Source of the DNA: Nemertoderma westbladi
Lineage: Eukaryota; Animalia; Xenacoelomorpha
Assembly (NCBI GenBank): GCA_032718475.1
Contig: JAUCBJ010006651.1
Coordinates: 1-50,094, forward strand
DNA length: 50,094 nt
Reading direction: 5' to 3'
In this document: one piece after another, positions 23,776 through 34,781 of the stretch
Layout: each line of letters opens with the position of its first letter
Position numbering within the stretch: position 1 is the stretch's first letter
Position numbers and translations under genes: made by a program
Notes under the pieces: model-generated
Database searches by the model: none
Told to the model about the DNA's origin: nothing
Seen by the model: the letters and a program-made list of their open reading frames with translations, nothing else

Positions 23776-24269
23776 TACATCTACAGTTTCCTGTTTAGTC
23801 AATAGCGCACACAATTAATGTAAGATCGGGAATGTAACATCATCAAAACAACTAATAGAGCATATGGAGTGCCCGAGTATTGGGTAGAAATCTACTCTAT
23901 CTACTGTACAGATCTCTCAATGACCAACGACTTCCACCTGGTCATTGAGGAATCGTTCGTAAAATTAGGTATCTCGAAGATTGCTGAAAGGGTCTAACTG
24001 ATGACAGAAAACTAAGTTGAACTGTGTTTATAACCGTGATTGCACATCTAAGTCCACCCACATCAGCTTTAATGTGCCACAATGTTTAATTAGAACTACC
24101 GACAAATACACCCTTGAACCGCAGTGTCGGCAGGGGCAGAGTGAGAACAATATACCGTAGTCTGAGGACCCCTGACCATGTGGCGGGCTTCAGGGGATAT
24201 AGAGACAGTGACAAACACTGACCTCCACGTGTAACTCTATATAACTGTCATTAAACATATTATGCGATC

Positions 24270-24509
24270 ATGGATTTAATAGAGGAAGACCCCGATATTA
24301 GAGAGTGGTATAATCAACCGATGCGGGAGCTGCTCGATAATCTGTTGACAGGAAGCGCTAGTAAACAGACTACGTCGGACGATACGCGTTATATCGATCC
24401 ACCGATGAACAAGGAACAACTCAAACGTGAATTTTATTATCGGAGATTCACCGAGTGTTTCAACGAGTGGTTCACCGAGTTGCCGCAAAGGTGTTCTTTG
24501 CGGTCTTAG
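24270..24509 (+). CDS. Possible 79-aa orphan protein or isolated exon
   Basis: ATG start, hydrophilic protein-like composition, higher GC/CpG than the downstream flank, TATATAA ~30 bp upstream, clustered AATAAA at ~24592-24604. No recognisable domain. Confidence 0.35.
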   Translation: MDLIEEDPDIREWYNQPMRELLDNLLTGSASKQTTSDDTRYIDPPMNKEQLKREFYYRRFTECFNEWFTELPQRCSLRS

Positions 24510-24864
24510 TTTACTTATTTTGCTTAATTTAGATTTAAAAACCATATTTCATTGTTAATTAATTTACAAAAATAACTTATTTGGTGGCATAAATAAATAA
24601 ATAAATTATATGGTATATATACGGTATAAATAAATTCCAGTTAAAATCCTATCTGTCGATCTAGCGTCATTGTGTCCATGTTTGTTCTAAAGAAGTGGAT
24701 GTCTCTTTAGACCTCATGGTGATGCTATTGGCCGCTTCCACTGGTCCTCTATAAAAGGTTAACATGATGAAAGACCGGCACTCTTAATTGTATTAATTTA
24801 CTAATCCAGTGTCATGCTGTAAAACCCGGTCGGACCTTAATTTACCGCAATTATTACGGCTAGA

Positions 24865-25040
24865 GTTCCGTATAGCACTACACTTTTAAAACATATATCC
24901 TTGTTACTATGGCAATGTTGACGAGTTCTAGAACAATAGAAAAGTATTATATACTATTTTAGAACATAAATAAAATTAAAAATATAATGTTCTAGAACAT
25001 GTAGCTAGTTTTTCTTTAATTTTAAAAAAGCTAGTAAATT
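24865..25040 (+). repeat. Dispersed repeat rich in TTCTAGAA; inverted homolog of ~46560-46732
   Basis: gttccgtatagcactacacttttaaaacata...gagttctagaac matches the reverse complement of 46660-46732. Confidence 0.7.
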
Positions 25041-25714
25041 TAAAAAAAAATATTTTTAAATAAATTTCTGAATACATTTATATTAATAGTGATTATAGAG
25101 TTTTTGTATACCGATGTAACTAATTCGTTTGTTTATCCATTGGGTATTGGTTTTTGTTGGCCTTCAATATCTATCTCATAAGCTGATAAGTGAGCGAATC
25201 GAGACAGGGAGGAAAAAAAGGGATATAGGACCAGTACATTCAAGCGGCCTTCATTTTGAAAGGAACCTAGCGCACTTTGCATTTGTCGGTGCCAGACAGG
25301 AGGATTTACGAGTGACTCATGACTAATAATAAATAAGTAATAACAATTTATAATAATTGCGGATAGGCCTACAACCATTTTCGATCAAATGCGCAGTTAC
25401 ACCCATCGGGATGGTACATATAGACGTTTCCTAGTAACGGGGCACATCCTATGGACCTCCACGTCCTGGACACCGAAACTGAAATGGGTTTTACCATATT
25501 AATTTAATTTCGCGAATATATAAACTAAAATGGGTTTTAACATATCAATTTAATTTCGCGAATATATAATTTCAATATTCACCATTTAAGAGGGGGGGGG
25601 GGAGGTTCACTAATTCCGAAAAAAGTCGATTTTTCAATTACAATCCCCTATAGAGAGCCGATTTTTGTGAGGATTTCAAAACTTCAAACCGGTTGTTAAT
25701 AACTAATGTAGAAC

Positions 25715-26290
25715 GTCAATTTTCACTTTTAACGAAAACTTTTATGTCTTTATGTCTCTCTGTCAGTCTGTCTGTCCGTCCGACAACCTGTCTGTTAAAA
25801 TATAAGGACATCATACAGTACCATGAAGTTTTTGTTGTGGATTTCCTGGTCGCTGATTTCAATTCCGATGTCAGTTTTCATATTTAGTGAAGTACATTAT
25901 ATCTGTCTGTCGGTCTGTCTGTCTGTCTGTATGTCCGTCTCTATGGGGGTTATCCTGGTTGCTGATTTAATTTCCGACGTCAGTTTTCACTTTTAACCAA
26001 ACCTACTATGTCTGTATGTCTGTCTGTGGGTTTTTCTGTCTGTCCAGCGATCTGTCTGTCAAAGTAAAGGAAAGCATACCAAAAAGCTAACAATTTTGTT
26101 ATGAGGGTTTTAATGGTTGGTGATTTCATTTCCAATGGCAGTTTTCATGCATCACGTCATTAACATTGTCTGTTAAAAGCTGTCGGTCATATTTTGTCGG
26201 ACAGACTGACATCAATTCAGACAGACATGACGCAGTCAAATGAGAAAACTGACATCAGAAATGAAATCAACGACCCGGAAAATCCGGAAA
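25715..26290. repeat. Degenerate ~110-150-bp tandem units with (GTCT)n tracts
   Basis: ggtcgctgatttcaattccgatgtcagttttca recurs at ~25848, 25957 and 26114, and inverted at ~26245-26277. Confidence 0.65.
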
Positions 26291-26856
26291 ACCCTTGCAA
26301 CAAGATTTTAAGCTGGGTTGCTGTGCATTCTAAACATTTTAATTAAATAAATTTACCCTAATAACTATACTAATAATTAACGATAAACTTTAAATGCGTT
26401 TTCTGAAGAATGCAAATTAAAAAAAATGAAAATGCAAAGGAAACATGAACGATTATGCGGTGATGAATGATGATTAGGTGATGCTTAACACCCCCTATGA
26501 CCACTTTTTTAAATTTTCGTTGTTGTAGCTGAAATATTTAAAAAAATGTGTCAATTTTTGGTCAAAAATGGAAAAATCTGTCAAAATTTTGAAAAACTTT
26601 TTTTAATACTTTTTTAACATGAAAATTTATCAAAATTCGCATGCCATTGTGCACAAATGATGAAATTTTGGACACTTGATGACCATCCTTCCTAAAAGCA
26701 TTAAAAAAAATAATTGCACAAATTACATTAATTAGTTAAGAAATTATAAATTTAGTAAAAAAATTGAATTTTTTTTCCACCTATTATTAGTAGGCCTATA
26801 CAAGTGTGCAAAACATCAATTAATTTGGATAAAATCCAGTTTCCGAAATAAGGGGA

Positions 26857-27517
26857 TGTAAGCGGATTCAATTCCCTTCATTCTCCACCCTTAATGGGAC
26901 CAGTGGCATTTTACCAATATAGTTGGCGATGCGAGATTACCAATAAACAATCTCGCCTCATAACCAACTCGGGGGGGGGGGGGGGGGGGGGACACACGCC
27001 CTAAGCCACAGAGAGAGGTGAGAGGTCAAACAACCTCAGAGGGAGAACCCAGCTAGTCGAGGCTAGCAACAGGGGGTAACACCTACAGGGAGTGCCAAAG
27101 TGACAATTAGTATATAAGCCAATAGCGGGCAGGGAAGCACGTGGGGAAAGATAGAAGGGCATCCATTGGGTAGCAAAGGCCAGAGTAGTGTAGAGGTGAA
27201 ATCAATATGTATGTGTATCAATCATATAGTTACTCTGATTACTGATTTACCGGTCAGTTCATTAATCACACAGTTGTGGACCAGCAATAGTTTTGACCGT
27301 CATTTCATATACTGCTGTCATTATTCTGTGTTGCAATCTCCATTATTATTTGTCATACATACTGTGCTATTATCACTGGAAACATTAACACCGAGAAACA
27401 CAAACTTTGTTATTTTCCCGAATGGCCTTCGGCCAAAGATATTAGTTCAGCAGTCCAGCCGCGAAGTGACGCGTACAACCTTATCCGGTTGGGATCATAG
27501 AACTCAATCCCGTCATA
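26857..27517 (+). repeat. 5' LTR of a truncated LTR retroelement, same family as the solo LTR at 4955-5615
   Basis: Begins TGTAAGCGGATTCAATTCC and ends CCCGTCATA (CCCGTCACA in the solo copy); collinear diverged homology; TATATAA at 27111. Confidence 0.88.
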
Positions 27518-29223
27518 GTCAAAACTAGCCAGCAAGTCAAACTGTCAATTTCCAACAACTGTGACCACAACCAGAGGAGAGCCCGAAGATGAGCGGACAA
27601 ATGCCCCGAGAATCGGAGGAAGAAAGAACGCTGCCGCAGACCCCGGACAACACCAACCAAACGATCCGAGAGGCCGCGACGAGATGATACCGGCCCGCCA
27701 CCCCGGATTCGCCAATGAGGGACGATCCGGATACCCAAGAGGAGGGCGGCCGATGACAACGAGGAGGGAAATTCAACGACGAGTCGATGCGAGATGATGA
27801 CGGCGGTCGGAGTACCGAAGTCGCCGGCCAGCCACAGGCCGAGGGCGATGGACGGCCCACCGGAACGGCAATGGTGGGGCCGCCGGTAACGAGGGGGATG
27901 TCGGGACTAGTGATCACCTGCGACGGGTGTACAACGCCACAAATAAGCTACTAAAAGAGGCTAAGGAGGGAGAAAGGTAGACCAGCCTAAAATATACCAG
28001 AGGCTAGGTGAGTCTAACAAACATTTTCGTTATTTAGTCCATTTTGGACAGGGAGAACTGGTGAGTGAGAGAGCGAGGGGTGTAGCTACAGAACTGTTTG
28101 AATTGTGGTGGTCCGAGCTGATGGAACCAGACGTGGTGTACATAGGGCCTTACTTAGTGGATGCCAGGGGAATTAAGTGAGTGGGATGAGCGGACCCACA
28201 CGACGGCGAATCCGAGGTTAACCCCGAGGATTCGGTGTCGTCGGTTAGTAGGAACCCCAGTAAACGGGGAAAATTAGTAGGACAGAGAGGCGACGGGAGT
28301 CTGTCGCGACCGATAAGTCCGCTACATCCTCCGCGAGAGCAAGAAGGAGGTTAGAGATAGATCTGGCGTGTCAACTAGACATTGTTGCGCTGGATCAAAA
28401 GGAACTGGAAAGGCAGTTAGATGAGGGAACTGCGCTGTTAGAGAGGGAGGGAGAATTAGCGAGAGAGTATAAAGAGAGGGCCGAGATGGGTGGCGAGAAA
28501 CTATAGGGAGCGGGAGGAGAGAGAGATAAACGAGCGCAAAGAGTGGGAGGTGAAAGTGGAAAGCGAGCGCAAGGAGCGGGAAGCGAGAGAGGTGAACGAG
28601 CGTAGAGAGTGGGAGGCGAGGGAGACAGAATTGGCCAACCAAAGTATTAGGGAGGATAGAGAGAGAGAGGGCCGGGAAGCGTATGCGGGATGATATGCAT
28701 AGCCGGTTGAGGGGGATAATGCAATATCAAGCGAAGCAAAAGCACCAGTTAGAACTGGCAAAAATGGGATTATCGGAGAGTGAGGCTGGTTCGGGTAGTA
28801 TTTACGAGGAACCAGAGGTAATGGAGACCTTTGTTAATACCCCACTTACAGGTACCGGATGACAGACCCAAGACTGGTGTGACCATATGGGTGGGGGGGG
28901 GGGGGGGAATAATAATACGATAGAGGGAGTTAATATTAATAGTACAGTAATAGACAACCCTAATCAAACCTTTCTTGCAGAAAATAATATTTTACCCGGT
29001 AACAATAATCCTAATTTAAATGTGCAAAATAATTTAAATAATAATATAAATAATGCCGAGCAAAATAATTTAAATAATTCAAACAATAATCCAGGTAATA
29101 ACAATATAATAAATAACCCTGAAGAAATTAATCAAAATAATATTATTGATAACGGTGTAACAAGTCAGGGTGAAATTACTAACGGTGCAATTAATACAAA
29201 CGTAGGGGGAACAAACGAGCCGG

Positions 29224-29388
29224 CCAATGAGAGCCTGCAAGGCCACGCAGTTGCACAGGGAGAAGCGGGGGTGAGTCAACCCAACAGGAGCCTGCAAGGC
29301 CACGTAGTTACGCAGGGAGTAGCGGGGGTGAGTCAACCCAATGAGAGCCTGCAAGGCCACACAGTTGCACAGGGAGAAGCTGGGGTGA
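29224..29388 (+). repeat. 57-bp coding tandem repeat, 3 units (NESLQGHAVAQGEAGVSQP)
   Basis: gagcctgcaaggccac at 29231, 29288 and 29345. Confidence 0.9.
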
Positions 29389-30682
29389 TTAAACCCAGCG
29401 AGGGTAGAGATAATGCGTTGACTAGAGAGGGGCGTAGGGGCGAAGTAAGAGGTGATGGGTGGGGGGGGGGGGCTACAGGTACCCCACCACGAGCGATTAG
29501 TGGCGAGAGGGGGGGGGGGGCAGAGAATGTCCCACAAGTGTCAGCGGATAATGCGCATGGTGATAATGCGTGCGACGAGACAGTGGAGTTTATCCGGGAG
29601 GTCGAAGCGAGATCTCACAAGGAGGAACACTGCACTGAAGCGAGACGAAGTGAGGAGAATCGAAGGAGCATTGCTACGAGCAAAAAAGTGAACCATCAGT
29701 AGTCGGGATGGAGTCAGAGAGCCGGTGGGGTTGTACTCCGGTAGATTGCCGTTGCCCCGGAGAAACACAACCTGGTGAGATATACCACACACTGGGAGAA
29801 GGGTATAGAATGTACCGGTATGAGGAGGAAGACAGGAGAGGGGATCGAAGAGAAACTTCCCGTCGGAATGTAGCTGCCGATCGAGAATATGGCAGTCGTG
29901 GGGAGGACTTCTTGGAATATTCGAGAAGATTAAATTTCAGTCCGGAAGGACACCAGCAGCCTGCAGGACATACTGTAGGCCTTACTGCACATACTATAGG
30001 CCATGCTGGGAGAGATAGTGTAGGCGATAGGGTAGCGCGGATGACGGGATTAAACTAACATTTTAACTAATTTCAAATTTCCCGCCGTGTCGGAGTATCA
30101 AATTAATCAAATTATTGCTCTGCGACATTATTGTACAGCAGGCCTAGCGTTGTGGCGGGTTGCCAATAAAATTTATACATGGAATTTATCATTTCTATTT
30201 CTGAATATTGAATAAAAAAAGTAGTCCTACATAATTTTAAGATGGATGAGGATTCTCATACAAAGAAGGTAAAATTCGATGTCCTCATACTGACTGGCAG
30301 TTCAGAAATAAAATTTGTAGTGGCCCATTTATTACACACATATGTTATGTATTATTTATAGTTTATGTGCAGTATTTGCGAGACAGGGGGAAACTTGACG
30401 CTAAATTCCCACTCGAGAAACAATTTTGATGGTAAAAGGGTTTTTGGTGTCGCTCATCGCGATAAAATTTGTTAAAAATATTTTCTGGCAATGCAACAAC
30501 CATCATTTTTGGTGCTATTTTGGTCCCCCTGGACGAAAAGTACAATTACAAAAATGTTGTTTGGTTTGATAAATTCCTACCTTAAACCTGCAGTCTGACC
30601 GCAATCTGGCAATGGTGCTTCATGAGTGAGATATGGGATCGTTACAGGGGACATTTCAAGAGTTTATTAATCGTACCATAGA

Positions 30683-30740
30683 GAATTTAAAGGTTCCTTT
30701 TCTGACATTTCGAATTTAAAGGTTCCTTTTCTGACATTTC
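30683..30740. repeat. 29-bp perfect tandem duplication
   Basis: gaatttaaaggttccttttctgacatttc twice. Confidence 0.9.
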
Positions 30741-32593
30741 GCCCTTTAGTGACAGACTGGAGCCAAGCCAGCCCACAAAAATTATAATTTAAACATTTTG
30801 ATAAACTACGAGTTTGGTTTTTAACAAAGATTGACTAAGTGATGACCTTCAAATATTGCACGACAGACAAACAACCGCCCACCAACGCACAGCCGATTGA
30901 AATTGCAGTTCCTGTATGCTAACTTCCCTGTCTTTGTGGCTCGCCCCAATAACAAGCATATGTGGTAATCTGGAAGTTTACTTTTTATTTTAACTACTGT
31001 ACATATTATTATTGAAACTACAGTATAACTGAAACTGTAATTGAAATTTTAGCAGGATCAAAACAAAACTGTAACTGAAACTGAAATACTAAATTTTTAA
31101 TACTGAAATTGTTACTGACCTGAAATCCGTAATTATTGATTCAGTTCTCAACACTACTAAAGACCTCGGGATCCGATGATGAAGTGAAACGGAGAAACAT
31201 TCTCAGCTCTTCCGATTGCGGTAAGGTAGGTTTCCCTCACGGGATGCAAATCGAAAAACAACGAGTTGATAGAAATATCAAACTATATAATAATCACTGT
31301 GGTAATGAATTCCATAAAATATACAGGATAGTTATTAAAGTCGAAAACAGCACAACAGATAAAAATATAGCACATTAGTCCAAAATATTTTAGCAGCTTA
31401 AAAAAAAGATGTGGTTAGAGCTTAAAACCAGGTTATAGTTGAATATCACACATAATTATTTATCAGGAAAAGTTAATTTGACAAAGAATAATTTGACGAT
31501 TTGAATTCTATGCTGCATTATTCCGAGTATAATGCAGCAGTTATTGTAGAAATTGTGAACAATTTAGTAGATCTATAGAGAATCAATCATAACATCATAA
31601 AAATATACTTCAAAATCAGTTAATAACACAAATAATTCAACTCAAATAGTAACCAATTAATAATATATGATAATTAATAATCAATTAACCAAGCAAGTAG
31701 AGCGTGTTTAAATTACATAATAATGAAATGGTCAGTTAAGAATTACCAATAAGAAAACATGTAGTGAAGTTATGAAGAGGTGCGGTTATAGTGTAACAAA
31801 CATTATCTGTGTGTTACACAATAATGATATTATATACATGTAGAAACACTAAACAGTTAAGAGGTAATTTAAGAAAAAAACATAAAGTTATCTTGTGAAT
31901 GTAGGCTTATATAATTAAATATGTAATTAAATTAAAGCACAAATAAATTGCATATATGCGACTAGATTGGATATAAACTATGTAATACCATAATATAATA
32001 TGTATTTAAATGTTCAACTTAATAAAACAACTTGTCTGTAATAAAACATAAAAAACATAAAATAAACAATAAAATAATAACTCTAAGTAACCGTAAACTG
32101 TAGCGGCAATGATACAGAACTGTTAATAATAATTGCGGTAGCACCTTCAAAAGAATACAAAATATGCTAAACATAAAAAAAAAACAAAAAAAAAACAAGT
32201 CTTAAGCAGAAATACAACATACACCCACACACGTAGTGTACAGTATGTATATATTGCAGCGCTGCATATTTCAATGCACTCACACAGAATCCATTAAAAT
32301 AATTCTAAATAAATGAAATCTGATCAAAAATAATAAAATTTAAAATATACAAAGAAAGATTAACTATAATTATAAGTATAGATCGGTCTATAGTGTACTG
32401 ATACATGAGTAATATTAATATTATGTTGACGACAGTGTGGTTAGATATAAAATTGTTGTAATATAATTAAAAATTGAAATTATAATTCCAACTACTACTA
32501 TTAGTATCTTAACAGTAACATCTATGAAAAAAATTATAGAAAAATCCAGTAATCTATAATTCTATATAAAACAATTTCTGGGCCTATTTCAGT

Positions 32594-33640
32594 TCAATCT
32601 AATTCATGTTTAGTGCGAATTAGAGGGGTTTTAAATGAGACCTGAAGAACTCGGTTGTTAAACCGGAATCCGTTTAGAGCGGAAACGGCGCTGAAAGCTT
32701 CCCACTGGTTTCGCATTCTAACAAATCCGTAACCTCGGCATTTATTAGTCGCGTAGTCGTTAATGAGACGAACGGATGTGACTGCTCCAAAGGGACCGAA
32801 TAATTCCCACAAACTCTCAGAACTAGCGTCAGGGACCAGGTTGTATACAAAGAGGCAAAAATCATTGGGTGGAGGGGAACAAGTGCGTTGGATACTCTGT
32901 GTGGGGGTAGGGGAGTAAGCGGTTTGTAATCCGTGGAATGGAGGGGAATAAGAGCGTTGGATTCCTTCTGATGGTGGCGAATAAGAACGATCAATACTCC
33001 TGAACGGAGGGGAATTATAACCTGGGAAGACTTGTGGGTACTTGGACCCGATAACCGATGTGAGGTCGGTGTTTATCCAAGAACGGGCTGTTCGATCTGG
33101 GGATGACTGGAGCGGATCTGTTTGGTTAGCGTGTTTCACGCTGATTGGCGAAAGACTCTCCTCCGTTCTGTGTCCATCCATTCGCGCCATGGCCGTATCT
33201 GCCTCAGTTTTCTGATCGTAACGAATGAAACCAACGCCACGCGATAGTCGAGTAACCTTATCGTACAAAATCTTGCATGTTATTATGGTCCCGAAAGGAG
33301 AGAACAAATCCTCTAACTGAGCTTGTTTCATGGTTCGAGGTAGGTTACTAATGTACAGATTAGCTCCTTTAATGTTGTGGTTGCTTGGTCGAGAATGCGA
33401 CACTTTAATCTTTTTATTTCCAACTTGTATTGTATCTAAAGTTTTTATAGCTCGGTCAGCGTCTTTTTCTCGGAAGTACTTGACAAAAGCGTACCCCATA
33501 CTATTTCCGGTCGACCTGTTCCTGATAAGTTTACAACATTCTACTTCTCCGACAAACTGAAATATTTTCTTTATATCAATTTCGTTTATGTTTTGGGGTA
33601 AGTAATTGACAATAAGATTTGTTCTAGTACTTAAAGCCAT
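32594..33640 (-). CDS. elav: ELAV/Hu-family RNA-binding protein (RRM1-RRM2-hinge-RRM3), 348 aa, single ORF
   Basis: TNLIVNYLPQ, SMGYAFVKY, KIKVSHSRPS, IKGANLYISNLP, SRGVGFIRYD, CLFVYNL, LWELFGPFGAV, KCRGYGFV, LNGFRFNNRVLQVSFKT. The exact paralog is unresolved and an upstream exon cannot be excluded. Confidence 0.95.
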   Translation of the reverse strand: MALSTRTNLIVNYLPQNINEIDIKKIFQFVGEVECCKLIRNRSTGNSMGYAFVKYFREKDADRAIKTLDTIQVGNKKIKVSHSRPSNHNIKGANLYISNLPRTMKQAQLEDLFSPFGTIITCKILYDKVTRLSRGVGFIRYDQKTEADTAMARMDGHRTEESLSPISVKHANQTDPLQSSPDRTARSWINTDLTSVIGSKYPQVFPGYNSPPFRSIDRSYSPPSEGIQRSYSPPFHGLQTAYSPTPTQSIQRTCSPPPNDFCLFVYNLVPDASSESLWELFGPFGAVTSVRLINDYATNKCRGYGFVRMRNQWEAFSAVSALNGFRFNNRVLQVSFKTPLIRTKHELD

Positions 33641-33843
33641 CGATATTTTATCCAGAGATGAGTCACTACTGAGTTAGGTAGGCCTACAGCATTCATTAGA
33701 TGGATGTACAAAATTCCAGATCCAGATCCAGATCCAACTATGTTGATTGCTGAATTTTACAGAACTGAATAACTGGTGGATATTTAAGATATTATGAATT
33801 AAAACTGTAAAATAATATATACTACAGTACCGTTACCGTACTG

Positions 33844-34461
33844 CACCATGACCTGGAATAGGCCTCTAGTGTCTTTATTCAGGTACATTTTGTTAATGCA
33901 TAAGTGGCTACGCAATAGTATGATTAAAGAATAAGGCGATTGCATTGTTACCAAGCTACGTATGGGATAGGCCCCTAAACAATAATGTTCAAGAATATTA
34001 TGAACTTATTGAAATAGAATAAAATAGCCTAGCGCAGGTGCAAAATCATGTAACATTTGAACGCTCATATCTCAGCAATTTCGCAACCAAATTCAAATGT
34101 TCTTACATATTTGGAATCCTTGCATGGCCAGCTCTCTAATAAATCAACTAAATACCAACAAATACTGTCAACTGTAGTAGGCCTACCAACAACTCAGTAT
34201 AATTTTGAAGAATAAATGCGGTGTAAGTGGTGAAATTTCGCAGAGACACTTTTTTCAAACGCTTGTAGCTAAAGAATAACAGCGAAAATAAAAATTCTGG
34301 CTCACCCAGCAAGGAGGGAGGAGGGAGGTGAAACTATCTCTGTTTCAAATTTCATGCAACCTCATCAAGATTTGTAGAATTATTTGGGGGGGGGGGGGGT
34401 GTGGCATGTACAAGAATAAAGACACTATACAGCTATATTCCAAGACATGGCATGCATGGTG
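33844..34461. mobile_element. Internally deleted MITE of the family at 43219-45068
   Basis: TIRs CACCATGACCTGGAATA...TAGTGTCTTTATTC and GAATAAAGACACTA...TATTCCAAGACATGG; 34220-34380 matches 44860-45010. Confidence 0.8.
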
Positions 34462-34781
34462 TAATAGTCAGATAGTATATTCTACCACAGGCTACCAGAT
34501 AAGTTTGAATACAAAGCAAAAAAGTGAGTGGGCAGGTAAGCAACAGATGGTAATAATGCTGTTATGTTACTAAAACTGAATGGATTTATTTCATTTTCTT
34601 GGGTTGTTTTGGTTTAGGCCTACTTCTGTATTTGACAGTAATGGGAACATGCAGACATGTGCGTGCAATTGTTGATTGTACCCCGGACTGGGCAGCCGGG
34701 CCCGGTTAAAAAGGTGAAACATACCAGTACCGTCCGATCCAAACAACGCAAACCTGCAACGGCAACCACCTTGGTACCGGT

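Larger units (their letters stand above)
26857..30058 (+). mobile_element. 3'-truncated LTR retroelement with a decayed gag-like region (BEL/Pao or Gypsy)
   Basis: After the LTR come purine-rich broken frames: EVNPEDSVSSVS (~28215), an E/R coiled-coil-like stretch and an Asn-rich ORF (28887-29702). No pol or 3' LTR seen. Confidence 0.65.
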
